32,000 bases of DNA from Moraxella nasovis. GTDB lineage: Bacteria > Pseudomonadota > Gammaproteobacteria > Pseudomonadales > Moraxellaceae. The notes beneath the pieces are model-generated. The model worked only from the letters and a program-made list of their open reading frames with translations. It was not told where the DNA came from and ran no database searches. Shown piece after piece: positions 26,119 through 32,000 of this stretch; position 1 is the first letter of the stretch; the number at the start of each line of letters is the position of its first letter. The DNA lies in assembly GCF_022701215.1 (NCBI RefSeq), contig NZ_CP089976.1, positions 360,001-392,000 on the forward strand. Direction: 5' to 3'. A program made the position numbers and the translations under genes.

Positions 26119-26127
26119 TGCTAAAAT
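26119..26127 (+). promoter_or_regulatory. candidate extended -10 (TGCTAAAAT) upstream of the tusA-like gene
   Basis: TGCTAAAAT lies at 26119-26127, 28 nt before ATG 26155. Confidence 0.3.
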
Positions 26128-26154
26128 ACCCAAAACCCCAAATCAGACAAATCC

Positions 26155-26475
26155 ATGCTGACTATATCAACACAACTCACCAAAACCGAACGTGATGTAA
26201 TCGCCGCACATTTACAAGATGTGGACGCTAATACGCTTATTACCGCCTTTTTTGATGCACGGGGGCTATCTTGTCCTATGCCACTGCTAAAAGCAAAATT
26301 AAGCCTACGCAATATCGCATTAGGAGGTAGCCTGTATCTCATCGCCAGCGATAAAAACTCCCAAAACGACTTGGTTCGCTATTGCCAAAAAAATAAGCTA
26401 GCAGTACAGACTTGGGAAACAAATGACACACAAGGCAACAGCATTTTTCACTTTATTATTACAAAAACAGTATAA
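26155..26475 (+). CDS. TusA/SirA-like sulfurtransferase-fold protein with N-terminal extension
   Basis: 106 aa. Contains the diagnostic DARGLSCPMPLLKAK (CPxP) motif and the LYLIASD strand of the TusA family, with about 25 extra N-terminal residues. No clear SD. Confidence 0.72.
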   Translation: MLTISTQLTKTERDVIAAHLQDVDANTLITAFFDARGLSCPMPLLKAKLSLRNIALGGSLYLIASDKNSQNDLVRYCQKNKLAVQTWETNDTQGNSIFHFIITKTV

Positions 26476-26542
26476 AAAAGACTAGCACGAAAACCATTAA
26501 AGCCGTACAATAAACCCATTATACCAAAAAAAAGAAAACACA

Positions 26543-27586
26543 ATGAGCAACAAAAACATTCAGTCAGATGACTATGATAATGAGTTCGATGACGACTATG
26601 AAGAAGACTATGAGCCATCGGATATCGAATCTTATGGCGAAGATTTAGATGAGTTTCACAAGATCGATTATGACGAGACAGACGTCACAGAAGCGGTCTA
26701 TGATGTCGCCACTAAAGACTTAGTTCCAGCCATGCCAACTAGCCTATCTGCACCTGGTATTAATCTTGGGGCATACATCAATAATGTGCATCAAATACCC
26801 ATTCTTACGCCTGAAGAAGAAAAAACGCTTGCCCATCGATATTATGATGATGGCGACGTAGAAGCTGCTCGGCTACTTGTGATGAGTCATTTGCGTTTCG
26901 TCATTCACATTGCCAGAAGTTACTCAGGATACGGTTTATCACAAGCCGACCTTATCCAAGAAGGCAACTTAGGACTTATGAAAGCTGTCAAGCGTTTCGA
27001 CCCCAATAAAGGCGTACGTTTGGTGAGCTTTGCGGTGCATTGGATTAAAGCAGAAATTCATGAGTTTGTCATTAAAAACTGGCGAATTGTGAAAGTTGCC
27101 ACCACTAAGGCACACCGTAAATTATTCTTTAACCTAAGAAGTCTTAAAAAATCAAGTAACCAACTCACCCTAGAAGAAGCAACCGCCATCGCTAAAGACT
27201 TAGACGTCACCGTCAAGCAAGTCTTTGAGATGGAAAGCCGCCTAACCAGCTATGATGCGTCATTTGAGATGCAAGATTCAGATGAAGATGACGGTCGCTA
27301 TGCACCACAGCTATACTTAGAAGATGAGGTTAATCCTGCCGATGTCGTCGAAGAGACCGACTGGGAAGAAAACACATCTGCCGCTTTGCACGCTGCTATG
27401 AATGAGCTTGATGAGCGTTCACGAGACATCATCACCCAGCGTTGGCTTGCTGACCAAAAATCTACCTTGCATGATTTGGCGGCAGTTTATAACATTTCTG
27501 CTGAGCGAGTACGTCAGATTGAAAAGAACGCCATGGAAAAAATTAAAAACGTGCTAACCGTTGATGATGTCATGCTAGGCGGATAA
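26543..27586 (+). CDS. rpoH: RNA polymerase sigma-32 (heat-shock sigma factor), ORF carries a 63-aa acidic N-terminal extension
   Basis: From Met64 onward it is colinear with E. coli RpoH: SHLRFVIHIARSYSGYGL, ADLIQEGNLGLMKAVKRFDP, the RpoH box HRKLFFNLR, and SAERVRQIEKNAMEK. The frame is open upstream to ATG 26543. The true start (26543 versus 26732) is unresolved. Confidence 0.93.
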   Translation: MSNKNIQSDDYDNEFDDDYEEDYEPSDIESYGEDLDEFHKIDYDETDVTEAVYDVATKDLVPAMPTSLSAPGINLGAYINNVHQIPILTPEEEKTLAHRYYDDGDVEAARLLVMSHLRFVIHIARSYSGYGLSQADLIQEGNLGLMKAVKRFDPNKGVRLVSFAVHWIKAEIHEFVIKNWRIVKVATTKAHRKLFFNLRSLKKSSNQLTLEEATAIAKDLDVTVKQVFEMESRLTSYDASFEMQDSDEDDGRYAPQLYLEDEVNPADVVEETDWEENTSAALHAAMNELDERSRDIITQRWLADQKSTLHDLAAVYNISAERVRQIEKNAMEKIKNVLTVDDVMLGG

Positions 27587-27588
27587 TT

Positions 27589-28017
27589 ATGACCAAAGCT
27601 ACTGTTCATAACAGCCAACTTATCTGGCTAAAGACGGCAGCACTAAACCTAGCCATCGGTGTAGGGCTTGGTGCATTCGGTGCTCATGGCTTACAGGGCT
27701 TTGCAGACCCTTACGCCATCGAAATTTGGCATACCGCCACGCTTTATCTGTTCGTTCACGCCCTAGGCTTGCTTGCCATCGGTGTGTTAAATGCCACCAC
27801 ACAATATCGAATCTCATTGCCCGCCTATCTGCTACAAGCAGGTATCGTTATTTTTAGCGGAACGCTCTATGCCATGGCACTTGGTGCACCAAAATGGCTG
27901 GGCATGATTACCCCCATCGGTGGCACGCTTATGATTATGGGCTGGCTGACGCTTACATTTGGCACATTGCATAAGCAAGGCAGCACCACTCTACCCAAAA
28001 CCAAACCTATTAAATAA
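27589..28017 (+). CDS. DUF423 (YgdD-family) inner-membrane protein
   Basis: 142 aa with four helices. GLGAFGAHGL, FSGTLYAMAL and TPIGGTLMIMGW match E. coli YgdD. Starts 2 nt after the rpoH stop. Confidence 0.85.
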   Translation: MTKATVHNSQLIWLKTAALNLAIGVGLGAFGAHGLQGFADPYAIEIWHTATLYLFVHALGLLAIGVLNATTQYRISLPAYLLQAGIVIFSGTLYAMALGAPKWLGMITPIGGTLMIMGWLTLTFGTLHKQGSTTLPKTKPIK

Positions 28018-28025
28018 AACCAAAT

Positions 28026-28226
28026 ATGACCAATATTAACCTAAATGGCAATGCCACCACCACCGACCAGACCAATGTTCTAGATCTACTGACGAGCCTA
28101 GAGATGACCCAAGGCAGATTCGCCGTTGAAATTGACGGCAATCTCGTCCCAAAATCACGCCTTGCCGACACCCTTATCACCGAAGGCATGAACATAGAAG
28201 TCGTCCAAGCTGTGGGCGGAGGTTAA
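28026..28226 (+). CDS. thiS: ThiS-family ubiquitin-like sulfur carrier protein
   Basis: 66 aa with the ThiS pattern (INLNG..., AVEIDGNLVPKS, EGMNIEVVQAVGGG-stop) and a C-terminal Gly-Gly. No thiG, thiF or thiH is adjacent. Confidence 0.8.
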   Translation: MTNINLNGNATTTDQTNVLDLLTSLEMTQGRFAVEIDGNLVPKSRLADTLITEGMNIEVVQAVGGG

Positions 28227-28227
28227 G

Positions 28228-29076
28228 ATGAGCCTTAGTATTGCAAGCATTCAGTTATGTAGCCAAACTGACATTGACGCCAATTTAGACACCATCAAAA
28301 AAGCAGTAAGCCAAGCTGCCAATCAAGCGCAGCTCATCATACTGCCTGAGAACGCTTGTGTTATGGGAAGACAAGACAAACTTGCCGATAGATTTGATGA
28401 GATGGTCGCATTTATGGGCAATCTAGCAAAAACCCACCACATCTATCTAGTGGCGGGTACGTTGCCTTGCCCTACTCGCCCTGATGGCACGGATGTCTTA
28501 GGTGATAGATTTCGCCAAGTTAGTCTTGTCTTTAATCCACAAGGTAAGCAGATTGCCCGATACGATAAAATCCATCTATTTCGTGCCACCGTAGATGATA
28601 GCACGGGTGGCTATGATGAAAATAACACCTTTGAAGCAGGTGATACGCCTGTGGTCGTACCGCTTAACATAGATGGTCAAATCATTCATCTTGGTCTGAT
28701 GATTTGCTTTGATGTGAGATTTCCACGCCTTGCTCAGACGCTTCGAAATATGGGAGCAGACATCATCAGCATGCCAGCAGCTTTCACCTACCAAACAGGT
28801 AAAACACATTGGCAAACGCTACTCCAAGCAAGAGCTTTAGACAGTCAATGCCTTATCATTGGTAGCACCCAAGGTGGCACACACCACATTGGCGAGCGTA
28901 CTCGCCAGACGTGGGGTCATGCGATGATGGTCAACGCTAATGGTCAGATTATCGCCACGACCAACAACACCCAATGTACAGATGACTTTGCAATCATTTA
29001 TGCAGACTTTGATAAAGCTGCCCAAAAAAGCATTCGCCAAACCATGCCAATTTTTGAATGCTTTCAAGAATTTTAA
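28228..29076 (+). CDS. carbon-nitrogen hydrolase (nitrilase superfamily, Nit/YbeM-like amidase)
   Basis: 282 aa. The Glu-Lys-Cys catalytic triad context is visible (ILPENA, YDKIHLF, LMICFDVRFP). The ATG lies 1 nt after the thiS stop, and its GGAGG SD sits inside the end of thiS. Confidence 0.85.
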   Translation: MSLSIASIQLCSQTDIDANLDTIKKAVSQAANQAQLIILPENACVMGRQDKLADRFDEMVAFMGNLAKTHHIYLVAGTLPCPTRPDGTDVLGDRFRQVSLVFNPQGKQIARYDKIHLFRATVDDSTGGYDENNTFEAGDTPVVVPLNIDGQIIHLGLMICFDVRFPRLAQTLRNMGADIISMPAAFTYQTGKTHWQTLLQARALDSQCLIIGSTQGGTHHIGERTRQTWGHAMMVNANGQIIATTNNTQCTDDFAIIYADFDKAAQKSIRQTMPIFECFQEF

Positions 29077-29078
29077 CT

Positions 29079-29107
29079 AAAAAACCGCTTAATAAAAAGC
29101 GGTTTTT
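29079..29107. terminator. bidirectional rho-independent terminator (hydrolase gene / ccmB)
   Basis: AAAAACCGCTT(29080-29090)-aataaa-AAGCGGTTTTT(29097-29107). Confidence 0.75.
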
Positions 29108-29153
29108 CACTCTCAGCACGCTTCATGCCCTTACCTAAGCATAAGCTTTTTTA

Positions 29154-29828
29154 CTAATCCGACCATACCATCTTTAATACACTTGCCACCACAAATGGCG
29201 TAATCAGCATAGCAATAATACTTCCTGCCCCAAGCAAAGCAAGTGTAGGCAGTCCATTTAGTCCTGTGGCGTATAAATCCACCGCTCCTGTCGCAAAAAT
29301 CAGCACAGGTAGCTGCATGGGTAAAGCGATGAGTGGCACAAGCACCGCTCCATTTTTAAGCGTGAGCGTCAAACTGCTGGCAATGGCAGATAAGGCAAGC
29401 ATAAGCGGTGAACCTGCCACGATAGATACCATTAAAATTACAGCATCTTTAACTGGCATGTCAAACAACGGCACAGCAAGCAGCGATAATACCGCCACAC
29501 AGCCTGCACTAAAAACCCAGTGCATAATCAATCTGGCAAGCACCCATACTGGCAGTGGTGCTCTTGAGACGACAAGCTGAGCTAAAACACCGTTCGCCAT
29601 GTCATCACGAAATAAATCATCTACACCAATTACTAGAGCAATCAAGGTTGCAATCCACACTGCCGAGCTTGCCAAACGCAGCAATAAGGCAGGCTCACTG
29701 CCAATCGCCAAAGGAAATAACGTAATAATGAGCAAAAACAACACCAATGGAAACAGCCACTGCACCGCCCCTTGGCGTTTAATTTGCCATTCTCGTGCCA
29801 TCATCGCCAAAAATGCTGACTTCATCAT
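29154..29828 (-). CDS. ccmB: haem exporter permease CcmB
   Basis: Colinear with E. coli CcmB: LITLFPLAIGSEP, LFRDDMANGVLAQL, LPLIALPMQLPVLIFATGA. The start is set at ATG 29828, which forms an ATGA overlap with the ccmA stop. Confidence 0.9.
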   Translation of the reverse strand: MMKSAFLAMMAREWQIKRQGAVQWLFPLVLFLLIITLFPLAIGSEPALLLRLASSAVWIATLIALVIGVDDLFRDDMANGVLAQLVVSRAPLPVWVLARLIMHWVFSAGCVAVLSLLAVPLFDMPVKDAVILMVSIVAGSPLMLALSAIASSLTLTLKNGAVLVPLIALPMQLPVLIFATGAVDLYATGLNGLPTLALLGAGSIIAMLITPFVVASVLKMVWSD

Positions 29829-30463
29829 AACGCAAACTCCGCCAAATCTAAGGTGCAATTATGGATACGCACCAACTGGTGACTGGTCATAAGCACTGCA
29901 CCGCCACAACTTGCAAACTGCCTAATCCGCTCTTCGATATCGGCTACCATCGCCACATCAAGAGCGGTTAATGGCTCATCAAGTAGCCAAAATGGCGACT
30001 GCTCTACGTCCAGCACAAAAAGCCTAGCCAAACCAACTCGCCGAGACTGACCTGCTGATAACTGACCGCTTGGCATTTGTTCTAAACCTTGCAAACCCAC
30101 CCTTTCAAGAGCTTGTTCAATCACAGTCTTGCTGCCATCCACACCATACAGTGATAATAAAAATTGCAGATTTTGAGCTACTGTCAAATGCTCACTAATG
30201 CCAAGCTGATGCGACACATACACAGGTGCTAAGTCGCCTGCGATCATCATCTTACCTGTCATCATCGGTAAAATCCCTGCAATCTGCGACAGTAGTGTCG
30301 TCTTACCTAAGCCATTTTCTCCAATGAGATGGCAAATATCACCAGCGTGTAAAGTTAGGCGAACATCGCTACACAGTACAAAATCGCCCCGCTGTACGTC
30401 CACGCCTTGCATGGCAAAGACGCAGTTAGGCGAAGTGGTATTAAGATGAGAAAAATCAGTCAT
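29825..30463 (-). CDS. ccmA: haem exporter ATP-binding protein CcmA
   Basis: Walker A GENGLGKTT, signature LSAGQSRRVGLARL, Walker B WLLDEP, H-loop TSHQ. The track start at 30490 is GTG. ATG 30463 is an alternative, neither has a good SD, and the start is uncertain. Confidence 0.87.
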   Translation of the reverse strand: MTDFSHLNTTSPNCVFAMQGVDVQRGDFVLCSDVRLTLHAGDICHLIGENGLGKTTLLSQIAGILPMMTGKMMIAGDLAPVYVSHQLGISEHLTVAQNLQFLLSLYGVDGSKTVIEQALERVGLQGLEQMPSGQLSAGQSRRVGLARLFVLDVEQSPFWLLDEPLTALDVAMVADIEERIRQFASCGGAVLMTSHQLVRIHNCTLDLAEFAL

Positions 30464-30540
30464 GGTAGATGTGTTATGGCTAAATATCACCGCCCATCAT
30501 ACCAAAATTTACAAAATTTTGCCCAAAAATTGACCAGATT

Positions 30541-30549
30541 TGCTATGAT
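30541..30549 (+). promoter_or_regulatory. candidate extended -10 (TGCTATGAT) upstream of the YbjN-like gene
   Basis: TGCTATGAT lies at 30541-30549, 52 nt before ATG 30601. Confidence 0.3.
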
Positions 30550-30600
30550 AGCTAAGCGATTTTAGCCCATTTATCTTTTGTCATTCAACCAAGACCTTTT

Positions 30601-31305
30601 ATGAACCTTTTTAAAAAATTACGGCAGCTATTTCAGTCATCGCCAAGCGATATGCCTAAAGACGATGTGTCTAATCATCAAAACACCCCAAGTGATACAA
30701 CAAATCCAAACCATTTGGCTGATTTTTGGCTTAATCAAAAAACGATCAATGACCAAAAAGACTTTTATTTACAGCCCATCACAACCGTTATTAAACAAGT
30801 GCTTGATGAGCAAGATTTGTATTACGAACACCGACCGCCAAAAGCTGATGAATCTCGTATCCATCATCTAATTTTAAGCTTTGGTGATGATGATGGCGAT
30901 GATTTGGCCTGCGTATTTCGCATTAATGAAACAAATCAGCTGGTTAGTATTTTTGGTATTTTAGATGAAATTGTACCGCAGTCGTATTTTGCTGCTGCCA
31001 TGGCTAAAATCGCTTATGTCAATAACAGTCTAGGCTTTGGCAGTATTGAGCTTGACCCAAATGATGGTGAAGTGCGAGTGAAGATTTTTATGGATGCTGA
31101 ATTTACCATTATCAATACGCACTCTGTCATGAGTCATATGCATGGCGTACTAGGGCTGACTAAAATTGCCAAACAGCTGATTGACGATGTGCTTACCAAT
31201 GACTTATATGGTTATGATTTACGCCCCTATTTAAGACTTGATGGCGATGATGGGAATAATGCTGATGATACAGATCAATTTACCCCGACAAGCACTGTCC
31301 AATAA
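30601..31305 (+). CDS. hypothetical protein, YbjN-like (secretion-chaperone-like fold) core with low-complexity N- and acidic C-terminal tails
   Basis: 234 aa. The core (LYYEHRPP..., IHHLILSFG, LACVFRINETNQLVSIFGIL, AYVNNSLGFGSIELDPNDGEVRVKIFMD) has the alternating pattern I associate with YbjN-family proteins. This family assignment was made by eye only. Confidence 0.55.
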   Translation: MNLFKKLRQLFQSSPSDMPKDDVSNHQNTPSDTTNPNHLADFWLNQKTINDQKDFYLQPITTVIKQVLDEQDLYYEHRPPKADESRIHHLILSFGDDDGDDLACVFRINETNQLVSIFGILDEIVPQSYFAAAMAKIAYVNNSLGFGSIELDPNDGEVRVKIFMDAEFTIINTHSVMSHMHGVLGLTKIAKQLIDDVLTNDLYGYDLRPYLRLDGDDGNNADDTDQFTPTSTVQ

Positions 31306-31307
31306 CC

Positions 31308-32000
31308 ATGCTTAAAATCGCCCACTCACCCCTGTTTTGCCACCCCTTGCCTATGGGTCATCGCTTCCCCATGGCAAAATATGACCTAATCCCCAAAAAA
31401 CTCATCAATGATGGCGTGATTCGTGCAGATAATTTATTCCACCCACAAATGCTCTCCGAGAGTGAAATCCTAAGCACGCACAGTAATGATTATTGGCATA
31501 AATTAAAAACAGGCACACTATCTGACAAAGAGATTCGTAAAATCGGTCTGCCAATGTCAGCACAGCTTGTCAAAAGAGAACGCTACATCACCCACGCCAC
31601 CTATGAATGTGCCTTATACGCACTACAATACGGCATATCACTGTCCACGTCAGGCGGAACGCATCATGGTTTTGCAGACCATGGCGAAGGGTTTTGTGTG
31701 TTTAATGATGTGTGCGTAGCAAGTAATTTACTCTTGCAAAGGGGTCAAGCTCGGCAGATATTAAGCGTGGATTTGGACGTACACCAAGGCAATGGCAATG
31801 CGTCCATTATGGCAAATAATCCTAGTGTATTTATATTTAGTATGCACGGCAAGAAAAATTACCCATTCATCAAACCACCGTCCGACCTAGATATTGAGCT
31901 TGCCGATGGTACAGGCGATGATGAATATCTACAAATCCTAACAGACACTCTGCCAAATCTTATCAAACAGACAAATCCTGACATCATCTTTTATCAAGCA
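31308..32000 (+). CDS. histone deacetylase-family (arginase/deacetylase fold) protein, 3' end outside window
   Basis: Not in the ORF track because it has no stop in the window. ATG 31308 opens a frame of 231 codons to base 32000: MLKIAHSPLFCHPLPMGHRFPMAKYDLI... with GGTHHGFADHGEGFCVFND and DLDVHQGNG zinc/active-site motifs. Starts 2 nt after the upstream stop. Confidence 0.85.
   Translation, partial: MLKIAHSPLFCHPLPMGHRFPMAKYDLIPKKLINDGVIRADNLFHPQMLSESEILSTHSNDYWHKLKTGTLSDKEIRKIGLPMSAQLVKRERYITHATYECALYALQYGISLSTSGGTHHGFADHGEGFCVFNDVCVASNLLLQRGQARQILSVDLDVHQGNGNASIMANNPSVFIFSMHGKKNYPFIKPPSDLDIELADGTGDDEYLQILTDTLPNLIKQTNPDIIFYQA

Noticed and set aside
1-32000. Search for tRNA/rRNA genes, CRISPR arrays, IS elements, integrases, phage or defence-island signatures
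   Set aside because: No T-loop/acceptor-like sequences appear in intergenic regions, and there are no spaced repeat arrays. No transposase or integrase-like ORFs and no terminal inverted repeats are visible. Gene content is core housekeeping with a conserved neighbourhood.

Overview
This is a dense, almost entirely housekeeping chromosomal segment with 34 supported protein genes on both strands, from a moderately AT-rich gammaproteobacterium. Local synteny (fur divergent from bamE, which converges on rnfH; cytochrome c4-c5 divergent from engB; rpoH-DUF423-thiS) resembles Pseudomonadales/Moraxellales. A Moraxellaceae-like origin is inference only. Gene order: hom (partial), cysS, clpB, an AhpD-like gene, an ABC importer operon with two tandem lipoprotein binding proteins, an orphan repeat-bearing lipoprotein, cmoM, rsmE-waaA-pepN, fur, bamE, rnfH plus an NSS-like membrane protein, cytochromes c4 and c5, engB-rsmI, yqeY, a DUF294-type nucleotidyltransferase plus DEDDh exonuclease pair, a tusA-like gene, rpoH-DUF423-thiS-C-N hydrolase, ccmAB, a YbjN-like protein and a partial HDAC-family gene. 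I saw no rRNA, tRNA, CRISPR array, transposase, integrase, phage or recognisable defence genes, and no obviously disrupted genes. I therefore do not claim a new multi-gene system. The items most worth a second look are: (1) a sigma-32 ORF with a 63-residue hyper-acidic N-terminal extension; (2) rpoH heading a tightly packed operon with an orphan thiS and a nitrilase-superfamily gene; (3) the uncharacterised cNMP/CBS/nucleotidyltransferase plus exonuclease pair; (4) an orphan lipoprotein with TonB-like Pro/Lys/Glu repeats encoded by 48-bp DNA repeats; (5) a degenerate NSS-like membrane protein translationally coupled to rnfH; (6) several short repeat or palindrome arrays in the larger intergenic regions. 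Many ORF-track starts are upstream TTG/GTG artefacts and were trimmed to ATGs with better context.
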